From a virus (lineage: Duplodnaviria > Heunggongvirae > Uroviricota > Caudoviricetes): a stretch of 64,000 nucleotides of DNA. Numbering within the stretch: the stretch's first letter is position 1; the number at the start of each line of letters is the position of its first letter. A program made the translations under genes and the position numbers. A model generated the notes under the pieces. That model had not been told where the DNA came from. It saw nothing but the letters and a program-made list of their open reading frames with translations, and made no database searches. The stretch lies in the IMG/VR virus record IMGVR_UViG_3300009093_000040; one strand, written 5' to 3'. Of the stretch, positions 1 to 10,675 are shown one piece after another.

Positions 1-2772
1 CTACAAGGATTAGATAACATAACAAGTTCGAGTGGAACAAATGCCACTATGGATGCTTTAAGTGGTGCAGATACTGCTACAGGAAGTATGATTCCCGTTA
101 TAGATGCAGATAACACTACATTTTGGACAACCGGAGGTCAGTTAGTGCAAAATTTACTTGGATCTGGTCCTAATACATCTGGTACAGGTTATAATTCACA
201 ACTTACAACAGATACTGTAAGCTATGGCGAGAGTCATCCTGCCATGGATGGTTTAGGAATAACTCAAGAGCAAACAGCGGGTAAACTGGATAATATTCCA
301 GCTTGGATTTCTGCAATAAATGGTTTTGTAACTTTTGTTTATTACTGGTCTCAAGGAACAGATGCTACTTTGGATTTAATTAGAGCTTTGTTACCTTATC
401 GTCAATATGCATTACAATTTCAATCACATTGTTTTTACGATGGATTCCAAAATCCTCAAGCAAATAACCATAGAAGATTAATTACTGATTCTGCTTATCT
501 TGATAATCAACTTCAAGATTATGGAGCTAATTTTAGAGTTAATAATTTGAATAGAAGTAAGTCTGTTATACTTAGTTCACAAACAGGTTTTAATAATACG
601 TTAGCTACAGATAATTCAAAACAAACGGTAGGTACTCAGGGTGCTTGGAGTAACCCATTAGTTCCTTTTAAAAATACAGCGGCTTCACACTATGCTTCAT
701 TAAAAAATAGATTAAGAAATCAATATGGTCAAATTGGTGGAATACAACAAATACCAGTTGGTTGTGTTAATTTAGTTACAATAACTTCTCCAAGTAATAC
801 GTTTATAACTCCTGTTTTAAATGGTGGTGATACTTATGTTACAAGATACACTGAGAAAAATACAATGTTCTTTTTTTATGATTGGTTGTATGATCAACCA
901 GATGGTTATGAGTTTGATTACCATATTCGTAAAATGCTTCCTTTTCCAACATACTGGATGAACTCTCAAAAATTTGATACAAGTGAGTTTATAAATAATT
1001 TGACAAGTACAATAAGTGGTGGTAGTGGTAGTGGTTGGAATTCTTTTTTACCTTCTGGGCAGCATGCTTTTGATAGAGGTGGTTGTACGGGTTTTTTTGA
1101 AGTAAAAGAAGCTTACATGTATTTATTTAATTCAGGTGTAAGAGACTTTTTTGTGGAATCTGAAATTAATACAGATTTAAGAGATTGGGGAGATTTGCCT
1201 GAACAAAGATTTTATGATCCTTATCAGTATACAGACTTGAATAGTTTATTTAGAGTGCCTATTATTAAGTCTGGTGATTATTATAAATATGATTACAGTT
1301 TAAGCGTATCGAAAACTTTTATAAATTTTATAAGTTGGGCTAATATTCAACCTATAAATTATGATCCAGCTATTTATGCAACTTGCTATACACATTATCC
1401 AAATAGAATAATTTATTCTTTACCTCAGCAATTTGAACTTATAAAAGATAACTGGTTAATTTATTTAGCGAATAATTATAAAGATTTCAAAACTCATGTG
1501 AGATGTGTTAAACCTATAAATAAAAGTGGCGCACTTATTTATTTTGATACGGAAAGTCCTATTCAATTTTTAGGGGTAGATGAATTACAAACAAGTGCAG
1601 GAACAAAAATAACTATTGGTGATGGTGGTTTATTTTCACAACCACTGCAGAATTTAATGACTTCTGATAAACCTTATGAATATGGTTCTTGTCAGGATAA
1701 ATACAGTATCATAAGTACTCCAATGGGTTTATTTTGGATAAGTCAAAATCAAGGGAAAATCTTTCAATTACAGAACGGAATTCAAGAAATTTCAATGACT
1801 GATTTGAAATGGTGGTTTGCTCAATATTTACCTTATTTTATCACAAAAGATTTTCCAAATTTTCAACTCTTAGATAATCCTGTTATTGGTGTGGGATGTC
1901 AATCTATTTATGATAATGAAAATTGTTTAGTTTACTTTACAAAAAGAGATTTTAAAGTACGCACGGATATTACAGATGTTGTAACATATGTTAGTAATGA
2001 TAACTTTTTAGTAAATGGTTCGTTACCTATTAAGCTAGGTGATCCTGCTTATTTTGAAGATGTGAGTTGGACTGTTAGTTATGATCCTAAAACAAGAAAT
2101 TGGGTGTCTTGGCATGATTGGCATCCTACATTTTTAATACCGGGAAAGAATACGTTTCTTTCTGTTCTGGATAATACGTTATGGGTGCATAATGCTGTGT
2201 GTAATAGTTATTGTAATTACTATGGTGTAAATTATCCATTTGAAATTGAATATCGAGTAAATACTGTTCAGCAAGTAAATACTGTAAGAAGTGTTGAAAT
2301 ACAAATGGAAAATTATATTTATGATGCTAACTGTCATGACAGATGGCATGATTTAGAATTCTTTTTTGATGAGGCTGTTGTTTTTAACACAGAGCAAGTT
2401 TCAGGATTATTAAAATTAAATCAAACTCCAAATAATGATCCTTATGCTTTGTTAAATTATCCTATAACAAATTTTGCAAGTATTGATATTTTATATTCAA
2501 AAATTGAGAATAAGTATCGTTTTAATATGTTTGATGATATAACCGATGATCGTGGTGAGTTTACAAACGCTAAGCGAATGATATGGAATACGGCATCTAA
2601 TGGTTATGCAAGAACGTTAAATTCGGCTAATTTAAACTATACGAAGGATCCTTTCCAAAGAAAGAAATTCCGTCATTACACTACAAATGTGCTATTAAGA
2701 AGAAAAGTGAGTGGAAACAGGAAAATACTGTTAATGCTTACCAATAATAAGGACTTGTATTCACCACGTTAA
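1..2772 (+). CDS. Large virion structural protein (tail/fibre-like?), 5'-truncated at window edge
   Basis: Frame 1 is open from nt 1; the ATG at 49 is internal; 907+ aa; Gly/Ser linker 'SGGSGSGW'; first gene of the co-oriented structural block. Confidence 0.5.
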   Translation, partial: LQGLDNITSSSGTNATMDALSGADTATGSMIPVIDADNTTFWTTGGQLVQNLLGSGPNTSGTGYNSQLTTDTVSYGESHPAMDGLGITQEQTAGKLDNIPAWISAINGFVTFVYYWSQGTDATLDLIRALLPYRQYALQFQSHCFYDGFQNPQANNHRRLITDSAYLDNQLQDYGANFRVNNLNRSKSVILSSQTGFNNTLATDNSKQTVGTQGAWSNPLVPFKNTAASHYASLKNRLRNQYGQIGGIQQIPVGCVNLVTITSPSNTFITPVLNGGDTYVTRYTEKNTMFFFYDWLYDQPDGYEFDYHIRKMLPFPTYWMNSQKFDTSEFINNLTSTISGGSGSGWNSFLPSGQHAFDRGGCTGFFEVKEAYMYLFNSGVRDFFVESEINTDLRDWGDLPEQRFYDPYQYTDLNSLFRVPIIKSGDYYKYDYSLSVSKTFINFISWANIQPINYDPAIYATCYTHYPNRIIYSLPQQFELIKDNWLIYLANNYKDFKTHVRCVKPINKSGALIYFDTESPIQFLGVDELQTSAGTKITIGDGGLFSQPLQNLMTSDKPYEYGSCQDKYSIISTPMGLFWISQNQGKIFQLQNGIQEISMTDLKWWFAQYLPYFITKDFPNFQLLDNPVIGVGCQSIYDNENCLVYFTKRDFKVRTDITDVVTYVSNDNFLVNGSLPIKLGDPAYFEDVSWTVSYDPKTRNWVSWHDWHPTFLIPGKNTFLSVLDNTLWVHNAVCNSYCNYYGVNYPFEIEYRVNTVQQVNTVRSVEIQMENYIYDANCHDRWHDLEFFFDEAVVFNTEQVSGLLKLNQTPNNDPYALLNYPITNFASIDILYSKIENKYRFNMFDDITDDRGEFTNAKRMIWNTASNGYARTLNSANLNYTKDPFQRKKFRHYTTNVLLRRKVSGNRKILLMLTNNKDLYSPR

Positions 2773-2810
2773 TTATTTATATTTGCAGTACCTCTTAACT
2801 CCTACTAAGA

Positions 2811-4022
2811 ATGAAAAAACAACTGTTTGAAAACCCACTTACAAAATCGTGGTATCTCCAATTTGGAGGATCTCCTGCAGATGCTTACAGTTATTTGTTC
2901 GGTGGTAATACTCAAAATTCTCCTGATGATGTTGAAGATGTGGATTATGAAGAGGTAAATGATGAACCAGAATTTAAGAGTGGTGGTTGGATAAAAAAAG
3001 CTATTAAACATCCGGGACGTTGTACACCGGGTTCACCTAATTATGACTGCCCTAAAGGAAGTCCTCAGTGGAATCTTGCACAAAGATTTAAGCACGGTGA
3101 TTTACATAAGAAAAAAGGTAAAAAGGAAATAGGTGGAGAACCTTGTATCGAGTGTGGAGATGGGTATAAGCAGGAAGGTGGAAGCTCTTCTATTTTTAAT
3201 TATGGGCAGTTTCCTGCAATGAAAGAGGGGGGTGCTGCAGCTTACTTAAAAGCAATTATAGCGGGAGCAGATAAACATTTAAGTAAAAAGAAAACTGGGG
3301 GTTCAACTTCTCCGCAAGGAGTGAGTATGGATTCTTTTTTAGCTGATCGCAATAATGACTTTAAACAATACCTTGCTAACAATGCAATGCGAAAATTAGC
3401 AGAGGAAGAAGCAGATCATGTTTCTGCGGCACATGATATGTTTGTGATGGCATTTGGTGGGGTTCCTTACTTTGCTCAATTCGGTACTGAAATGCCTTTA
3501 ACGCAATCAGATCCAAATCAAATGCAACCTAATGTAATGCCAGCGAGTTATATCCCTCCTGACCAGTTAGCTCAAGGAACTCCAGTAACAGGAGTACAGC
3601 CTTCAATGTTTGATGTAATGTCTCGAAATATGCAAGCAGCATCTATGGCTCGTAATCCTTTGTTTAACAAACAACCTCAGCAACAACAGCAAGGAAATAG
3701 TTTTTCGCAATTTTTGGGTAATAATGGAAAGCAAATAGGGGAAGGTATTATAGCAGGAGAAACACTTACTACAAGCTTTTTAAATCAAGCTGATCAAAAT
3801 AATCAGTTGAAAAAACTGAGACAAAAAACAGATGCTGATTCTATTTTCACACCAGTGGGTAGCTCTCGTGGTGATTATGATGTGAATAGTGGAATGCTTA
3901 GACCGAATAAATATGTACCAGTTCAAAATCAGGGGTATAAAGAGGGTGGAGAATATATGATGTCTGATGATGATATCAAACGAATTATTGAGGCTGGCGG
4001 CGAAATCGAGTATTTAGACTAA
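2811..4022 (+). CDS. Hypothetical virion protein, Q/N/G-rich
   Basis: 403-aa ORF tightly packed in the structural block; low-complexity Q-rich stretch 'QPQQQQQGN'. Confidence 0.4.
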   Translation: MKKQLFENPLTKSWYLQFGGSPADAYSYLFGGNTQNSPDDVEDVDYEEVNDEPEFKSGGWIKKAIKHPGRCTPGSPNYDCPKGSPQWNLAQRFKHGDLHKKKGKKEIGGEPCIECGDGYKQEGGSSSIFNYGQFPAMKEGGAAAYLKAIIAGADKHLSKKKTGGSTSPQGVSMDSFLADRNNDFKQYLANNAMRKLAEEEADHVSAAHDMFVMAFGGVPYFAQFGTEMPLTQSDPNQMQPNVMPASYIPPDQLAQGTPVTGVQPSMFDVMSRNMQAASMARNPLFNKQPQQQQQGNSFSQFLGNNGKQIGEGIIAGETLTTSFLNQADQNNQLKKLRQKTDADSIFTPVGSSRGDYDVNSGMLRPNKYVPVQNQGYKEGGEYMMSDDDIKRIIEAGGEIEYLD

Positions 4023-4030
4023 AAATAAAA

Positions 4031-4864
4031 ATGATTATTTCAGGAATATATAAATTTACTAATCTAATAAACCACAGAGTTTATATAGGAAGTTCTGCTG
4101 ATGTTTATTATAGATATAGAAATCATGTTTTTGGAAATAGATTCAGTAAACCTTTAAGACAGGCTCTTTTAAAATATGGAATAGATAATTTTAAATTTGA
4201 AATTCTTGAGATTATTAATAAAAAAGATTTTGTTACTATTGAATTATTTTGGAATAAATTATATGAAAGAGAACAGTTTAATTTAGATTTATTATTTGCT
4301 AAAGAATATATTGATTCAAATGGAAAAGATAAAAGATTTCGTGAATTGACTTATAACTTGAACCCGAAAGTGATTGGAGGAGGTGGTTCAAAATGGACTG
4401 AAGAGTCGAGAGAAAATTTAAAGAAAAAATTTAAAAAAGAAGGTCATATTTGTTTAGGTAGGAAATTTTCTGAGGAAAGTATAAATAAAATGAAAAATAC
4501 TTTTAAAGAGAGAGGTGTTTCTGTTGGAAAAAATAATCCTAATTACGGTAAAAAAACAACCAGAGAGAAAAAAGACAGGGTAATTACATCATTTTTAAAA
4601 AGTGGAAAAGCATTTCCTTTTTTGGCAATAAATAAAGAAACAGGTTTTACAAAATTATTTGTTAGCACAGAAAGTTGTGCGGAGGAATTAAATGTTTGGA
4701 AATGTCAAATTAAAAGATGTCTTTCTGGTAAGTATAAATCGGCTGGAGGATTTGTGTTTAAGCGTGCTGAAATTCAAGATGAAGCTTGTATTGAAGAAAA
4801 AGATATTGCTATATTAAAAGAAGCAGGTATTGAATTTGAATATGTAGATGATATTATTTATTAA
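4031..4864 (+). CDS. GIY-YIG homing endonuclease with NUMOD-like repeats
   Basis: N-terminal 'GIYKFTNLINHRVYIGSSADVYYRYRNH' is the canonical GIY-YIG motif; C-terminal repeated 'NPNYGKK'/'GRKFSEE' NUMOD-like DNA-binding repeats. Confidence 0.7.
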   Translation: MIISGIYKFTNLINHRVYIGSSADVYYRYRNHVFGNRFSKPLRQALLKYGIDNFKFEILEIINKKDFVTIELFWNKLYEREQFNLDLLFAKEYIDSNGKDKRFRELTYNLNPKVIGGGGSKWTEESRENLKKKFKKEGHICLGRKFSEESINKMKNTFKERGVSVGKNNPNYGKKTTREKKDRVITSFLKSGKAFPFLAINKETGFTKLFVSTESCAEELNVWKCQIKRCLSGKYKSAGGFVFKRAEIQDEACIEEKDIAILKEAGIEFEYVDDIIY

Positions 4865-4872
4865 ATAATAAA

Positions 4873-7743
4873 ATGAAGAAAGTTAAATTAATTAAAGCTG
4901 CAAATGGTTTGCAAACTCCGGCATTCGCTACAAAAAACGCTAGTGGATTTAGCGCAGGTAATAAGCAATTTAATTATCCGGTATACCCTGCACAATTTGC
5001 TGAACCGCTTCTTGGTGTTAAAAAAACAATTCAACCTGTTGACAGAGAAGACGCTACACTTGAGGCAGAGCGCGGAGAATACGTAGTTATGGATGCTGAT
5101 AATACAGGTATGCCTACTAATTTTAAAATAGCTGGTAAACGACACAGTGAAGGAGGAACACCTCTTAATTTACCACCGGAGTCATTTATTTTTTCTCGTG
5201 ATAAAAAAATGAAAATTAAGGATCCTTTAATACTGAAACAATTTGGTATGGGAGGAACGGGTTCGGGTTATACACCAGCAGAGATTGCAAAAAAGTATGA
5301 TGTTAATGAATTTAGAAAAGTTTTAGCTGATCCTAACTCGGATAAAATGCAGAAAAAAACTGCTGAGTTAATGATTAGTAATTATATGGAGAAATTGGCT
5401 AAACTCGCTTTAGTTCAAGAATCAATAAAAGGATTTCCACAAGGTATTCCTACCATTGCGTTGCCTTATATGCAGGCTAATAATTTTAATCCTGCAGATA
5501 TATTTTCTGTTCAGGGAGATGAAGCAGAACCTGATCAGGAGCAAGCACGTTATGGTATGAATGTTATTCCAGAAATGTATAGAGATAAACTTATGCAATT
5601 TGGTGGTGGTGCCGGGATTAGTTCTTACAATAAAGAAATCCCTATGTTTCCGATCGGAGGAATAGGACCAACTACTCCTGAATCGGCAGGTATTGGAGAT
5701 CAACCAAAAAAGGTAGAGCAAGTTCCGGAAGGATTTCAACATTTAAAAACGGAAGGTAGTAGAGAGTACTATCAAGTTAAAGGTAAAACAATTGATCCTG
5801 CTAAACCAAATACAACACAAACTTCTGATCCTAACGCATACTTTGAAACTATGAAAAAACAAGTTATGGAAGGTGTTAGTCCGGATGACTTGGTTAATAA
5901 AGGGTATATAACAAAAGATAATGCATCAAAGCTTTCTCCTTTTTATAAACAGAAAACCGTTTATGTAGATAAACCTGAACAAACAGTTCCTGCAGCACCG
6001 GCAACAAATCCTGCAAATTATAATCCTGCAACAAGTAGGGTTTCTACATTTCAGCGCGTTTTTACAAACAATGATCCGAATTATCACACATATAAAGTTC
6101 CAAATTTGAACGGTCAGGATAATAAGAGTGAGACTAGGTATTTTCATCCAAAGACAGGTCAGGAGTTAGATATGGATTTGATGGTTAAGAATAAAGGGAA
6201 TATTGATAATTCAGTTTATACTGATCCAAATAGAAATTTAGATTACTATAGAGGTATTAGTAATCGCGGCACTGGTAATAGCACAATGCTTCCAAATAAT
6301 CCTAATAGTAACACAGTAGTTACTGCAGCGCCAGTTAATAATGGTACGACTAAAATTAACGCGAGTCAAGGTTTTAAATTTGGTGGTGAACAGGCTCCGG
6401 AAAATAATAAAGGACAAATTGATATTCAATATCTTCCCAATAGAAAAGACGGTGGTGAAAGTAATTTTCAATTACCAAAATTAGCTGGTGGTGGACCTCC
6501 AGATGGGACACCTACATATGACGCGGGTGAAAGAGCAGTATTGAAAAAAATATTTCCTAATGCTGTATTACCAGAAGATATTGTAGAATCAAAACAACAA
6601 AAATCTGGAGTTGGTTATGGTAGATTCGATAAAAAACAAGCTGATAAAAACTGGGCATGGTATGGTAAACCTATAGATTGGGAAAATAAAGAAGAGGTTA
6701 ATAATGCTCAAAATGCTTACAATAAAAGGTTGTACGATAAGATTATGGCTGCTAAGCATGATCCTGATTTTGCAAATAAAGTTGTAAAGAGAATTGGTTT
6801 TGATCCGGACAGTAGTGGACCAAATAAATTAGATAGTCTTGCAGGTAAATATACTGAAACGAGAGTTGATTTAGATGTACCCCCACCTGAAAAAGTTGCA
6901 GATGCTGTTGCAGCAGCACCTGTTGAAAGAGGAGCTCCTCCTATTAAACCAAACGCTTTAAAGGTACCACAACAACAAGAAGATCCTGCTAAAGTTTGGC
7001 TTCAGGATATTGTAAAAACTGCAGGTGCTTTTGGTGATAGATATCGTATTAATAAATATTTACCATGGCAGGCTACCTTTAATCCGGTTACTGTAGATCC
7101 TACTTTTTATGATCCTACAAGAGAATTAGCAGCAAACTCTGAGCAATCAAATATTGCATCAACTGCAGCAGGAATGTTTTCTGGACCACAAGCTTTGAAT
7201 TCTCGATTAACTGAAATTCAAGGGCAAGGTGCTAAAAATGCGGCAGATATATTGGGTAGATACAATAATGAAAACGTTAGTGTAGCTAATCAATTTGAGG
7301 GTATAAATGCTAATATACTTAATAACGCAAATGAAATTAAAGGTCAGCAGGCTACTAATCTTTTTGATAAAACTACAATAGCTAATCAACAGTTTGATAA
7401 CGCTAAAGCTATGGCTCGTCAAAACCTAAGACAATCTTTTATTTCAGCGATAACAAATAGAGCACAAACGCAAGCATTAAACAGCATGTATCCACAGTAT
7501 CAGGTGGATCCTTCTTCAGGAGGTTTAGTTCATTTTACTAAAGGTAAAAAGTTAAGTCCGAATGCTGGTAAACCAACAGACGTAATGGATGTGGCTCAAG
7601 AGTATCTTAAAAAATATCCTTCGTTTTCTCCACAGCAAGCTTTTGAAGCAGCTAAGGTGAGTATGGGTGTTCATTCTGCAGCTAATCCTCAAGATGAGTG
7701 GATGAAAAATTATCAGGCAACAAGTGCTGCAGCTGGTCAATAA
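4873..7743 (+). CDS. Large virion protein (956 aa), function unknown
   Basis: Long ORF in the structural block; the antisense ORFs inside it are low-complexity. Confidence 0.5.
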   Translation: MKKVKLIKAANGLQTPAFATKNASGFSAGNKQFNYPVYPAQFAEPLLGVKKTIQPVDREDATLEAERGEYVVMDADNTGMPTNFKIAGKRHSEGGTPLNLPPESFIFSRDKKMKIKDPLILKQFGMGGTGSGYTPAEIAKKYDVNEFRKVLADPNSDKMQKKTAELMISNYMEKLAKLALVQESIKGFPQGIPTIALPYMQANNFNPADIFSVQGDEAEPDQEQARYGMNVIPEMYRDKLMQFGGGAGISSYNKEIPMFPIGGIGPTTPESAGIGDQPKKVEQVPEGFQHLKTEGSREYYQVKGKTIDPAKPNTTQTSDPNAYFETMKKQVMEGVSPDDLVNKGYITKDNASKLSPFYKQKTVYVDKPEQTVPAAPATNPANYNPATSRVSTFQRVFTNNDPNYHTYKVPNLNGQDNKSETRYFHPKTGQELDMDLMVKNKGNIDNSVYTDPNRNLDYYRGISNRGTGNSTMLPNNPNSNTVVTAAPVNNGTTKINASQGFKFGGEQAPENNKGQIDIQYLPNRKDGGESNFQLPKLAGGGPPDGTPTYDAGERAVLKKIFPNAVLPEDIVESKQQKSGVGYGRFDKKQADKNWAWYGKPIDWENKEEVNNAQNAYNKRLYDKIMAAKHDPDFANKVVKRIGFDPDSSGPNKLDSLAGKYTETRVDLDVPPPEKVADAVAAAPVERGAPPIKPNALKVPQQQEDPAKVWLQDIVKTAGAFGDRYRINKYLPWQATFNPVTVDPTFYDPTRELAANSEQSNIASTAAGMFSGPQALNSRLTEIQGQGAKNAADILGRYNNENVSVANQFEGINANILNNANEIKGQQATNLFDKTTIANQQFDNAKAMARQNLRQSFISAITNRAQTQALNSMYPQYQVDPSSGGLVHFTKGKKLSPNAGKPTDVMDVAQEYLKKYPSFSPQQAFEAAKVSMGVHSAANPQDEWMKNYQATSAAAGQ

Positions 7744-7817
7744 ATAGTATTATCACCCAATAAACTATTTTTTGTATCTCAAATAACTTTAAAATAGTTT
7801 TGTATAATTAAAATGAT

Positions 7818-10673
7818 ATGAGTACATATATTGCTGGCATAACAGACTACATCCCCCAGATTCAAGACTTTCATCCGGACTTGAATCTTTATTCGAACGT
7901 TTTACAAAGTAAGCAATCGCAATATGATACTGCCCATAAACAATTAAATAGTATTTATGGTACCGCTTTGAATTCTCCGATGATAAGAGATTCTAACATT
8001 GAGCGCCGCGATAAATTTTTTAAAATGATAGATCAGGATGTTAAGAAAATATCCGGTTTAGATTTATCTAAAGAAGAAAATGTAGATGCTGCCATGCAGG
8101 TTTTTAAACCGCTTTATGATGATCAGTATATCGCTAAAGATATGACTTTCACAAAGCAGTTGCAAGGAGAAATGAATCGTGCCGAAAACTTTAGAACTTG
8201 TGTCGATCCTGATAAGTGTGGAGGTCAGTACTGGGAGGGTGGTGTTAGAGCTTTGAAATATAAAGCAGAAGAATTTAGAAATTCCAGTGATGCTGAGTCG
8301 TTAAATGTTAGTGCACCTAGGTATACACCACATGTGGATGTTATTGGTAAAGCTTTTAAAACAGCAAAAGATATGGGATTCAATATAACCAAAACTGATA
8401 CAAAAGGTGGTTATATTGTTACTCATAAAAATGGTGAGGCATTGAGTGGTCCTTTATATAATTATTTTGTAAGTAAGTTTCAAGAAGATCCTGCAGTTCA
8501 GGATATGTATAAAACACAAGCTTATTTAGATAGAAAAGATTTTGCTAAATCAAATGCTTTCCAATACGGAGATGAAAATGCAGCTGAGCAAGCTTATTTA
8601 AGAGAAGCTTATTCTCAAATTGAAAAGGCTACACAAAACGAATTAAAGCAATCTCAAAAAAATTCAAAATTACTTGATTCTAAAAAAAGTATTATTAGTG
8701 ATAAAATAAACAACAGTGGTGGTGTAAATGAAGATGATGCTTTAGTAAATGCTTATATGGCATTACAAGATGAGCAAGGACAAAATGAAGCTACTGTTCA
8801 ATATCACGATAAAACATTAAACATTTTAGATAAGAATTCTCTTGCGGGAATGGATATTAAAGGATTAAGACAACGTGTAGATGGTGCTGTAGCTAATCAT
8901 AAGTTTTTTCTTGATATGAAGGGTGCTGCAGATAGCTACTCTCAATTAAATAGTGAAGAAAAATATGAAGCTGATCCTTTTGCTTTGAATGCTCAACAAC
9001 ATAAATATGCTGTTGAATTAAAACATATAGATCAAGGTTTCCAAGCAGAAAAATTAAGAGCAGAACAAGAATTTAGTTGGAAAATGGCTGTTGCTAAAGG
9101 TCAAATTGTTTCTCCGGTAAATAGACAAGCAGACTATGTTGCTTCAGGTAATCAGGCGGGTACATCAACAAGTGCTGCAGCTTACGATGAATTGCAAGCA
9201 TATCAACAAAAGAAAGCAGAACTTGGTTCTAAAGTTACAGGTGCAGCAGGTGAATATCTTAAACAAGTTTTCAATTACTATACGGAGAAAATAAAAAATG
9301 AACCGAATGGTGCTTTGCATTATAAAGAACAATTCAAAAAAATATTTGGAGAAGCTTATGATCAAACAAAACATACGGAAATTGAAAAATTAAAATCATA
9401 TAATAATCCGGGAGATTTGTATTCTAAAGCAAGTGCAACTACTTTGGAAGATAAAAAAAGTAATATAATTAGTAATCAGGATTATGTACAGTGGGAACCT
9501 TTGAGAAAACAGATCAAAGATAATTCTGAAGTTTATAGCACTTTTGCAGAATTGGGTAAAGAAAATAATCAATCAATTAAAAACTATCAAGAAAACAAAT
9601 TAACCGGTGATGATAAAAAATCTTGGAATTTATTTTGGAAAGAAGATGGAAGTTATGTTTCTCAACCTGAATATGAAAAACGATTAAGAGAAGCTATTTC
9701 TTATGGTGCAATTGCGAATCATGGACAGGATCCTGCAAACCTTTATAATAAACAGTTAGAGCTTTATAAAAATACTTATAGAGAAGGTTATAAAAAAGGA
9801 ACTACTGGTGGTGCAGATGTACCGCTAGTTAAAAGTTGGCAAACTGCTCCGGGTATGGCTGCTTATGCTGAAGGTTTATCTTCAAGATTAATGTCTGGAC
9901 ACATAGATGCCGCTGATAAAGCAGATCCTATGTTTAAAGATTTTTCTAATGCTACAGATGCATTTTTACAAAATGGCTCTGTATTGGTTTCTCCGGGACC
10001 CGTGGGTACATCTGAGCAGGTAGCAACAATAGCAAAGCTTCCTGAAGAGACGAAAGACAAGATGAGTCAAATTGCAAGAACGTTTATAGAGGATGCGCGT
10101 AACGTTAGTTATAAAGCAAGTGATCCTAATAGACCTATTGCGAAATGGGAGCATGCAGCTGTAGCAGGAAACGACCCTAACATGGTTGCCATTACTGTTT
10201 ATCCGAATGAAGGATGGGCTAAAAAATATGAAGGTAATTCGAAAAACCCGGGTATTACGTGGGATAAGAGTTTGTACCAAAACGGTATAACTATTTACAT
10301 GAATAAGGATGCCGTGAAGGGGAATGCTTTCTTTGGGAAGCTAGAGCAGGGGAATTATAAAACAATGCTTAACATTAAACCGTACACTGTTAATCAGTAT
10401 CCGGAAGGTGGTCAACTACAAGTTAAATCTACAAGCGGTGGTTATGAAGTACAAGGGCATTTGAAAACATTTGATAATGGTAAACAAGTTGTTAAACCAA
10501 TTAGATATGCCTTACCTTTAGATGCTGATCCTGATCAATTTATTCCTGTTTATGAAAAGAAATTAAAAGAGGTACAAGATGTGAATTTTAATATGGAGCG
10601 TATGTGGAAGAGTTCGTTCCCCGGACCAGTTAAAGATGTTAAACAAGTGGATGCTCTTTCTCAAGCTCAATAA
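7818..10673 (+). CDS. Large virion protein (951 aa), function unknown
   Basis: Long ORF, preceded by a 74-nt AT-rich intergenic region containing an inverted repeat. Confidence 0.5.
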   Translation: MSTYIAGITDYIPQIQDFHPDLNLYSNVLQSKQSQYDTAHKQLNSIYGTALNSPMIRDSNIERRDKFFKMIDQDVKKISGLDLSKEENVDAAMQVFKPLYDDQYIAKDMTFTKQLQGEMNRAENFRTCVDPDKCGGQYWEGGVRALKYKAEEFRNSSDAESLNVSAPRYTPHVDVIGKAFKTAKDMGFNITKTDTKGGYIVTHKNGEALSGPLYNYFVSKFQEDPAVQDMYKTQAYLDRKDFAKSNAFQYGDENAAEQAYLREAYSQIEKATQNELKQSQKNSKLLDSKKSIISDKINNSGGVNEDDALVNAYMALQDEQGQNEATVQYHDKTLNILDKNSLAGMDIKGLRQRVDGAVANHKFFLDMKGAADSYSQLNSEEKYEADPFALNAQQHKYAVELKHIDQGFQAEKLRAEQEFSWKMAVAKGQIVSPVNRQADYVASGNQAGTSTSAAAYDELQAYQQKKAELGSKVTGAAGEYLKQVFNYYTEKIKNEPNGALHYKEQFKKIFGEAYDQTKHTEIEKLKSYNNPGDLYSKASATTLEDKKSNIISNQDYVQWEPLRKQIKDNSEVYSTFAELGKENNQSIKNYQENKLTGDDKKSWNLFWKEDGSYVSQPEYEKRLREAISYGAIANHGQDPANLYNKQLELYKNTYREGYKKGTTGGADVPLVKSWQTAPGMAAYAEGLSSRLMSGHIDAADKADPMFKDFSNATDAFLQNGSVLVSPGPVGTSEQVATIAKLPEETKDKMSQIARTFIEDARNVSYKASDPNRPIAKWEHAAVAGNDPNMVAITVYPNEGWAKKYEGNSKNPGITWDKSLYQNGITIYMNKDAVKGNAFFGKLEQGNYKTMLNIKPYTVNQYPEGGQLQVKSTSGGYEVQGHLKTFDNGKQVVKPIRYALPLDADPDQFIPVYEKKLKEVQDVNFNMERMWKSSFPGPVKDVKQVDALSQAQ

Positions 10674-10675
10674 TT

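Noticed and set aside
2805-3011. 68-aa minus-strand ORF, and the many similar 60-160-aa antisense ORFs inside the giant + strand genes (e.g. 4888-5145, 5422-5742, 5926-6147, 6238-6471, 7207-7422, 7552-7740, 9165-9374, 9966-10280, 11631-12018, 14467-15207, 16365-16547, 16953-17156, 17486-17671, 18568-18801, 21507-21791, 22725-22937, 24641-24859, 27803-28285, 28963-29157)
   Set aside because: Low-complexity, hydrophobic or Cys/Phe/Ile-rich translations typical of antisense reading of AT-rich coding DNA; fully embedded in long, well-supported genes
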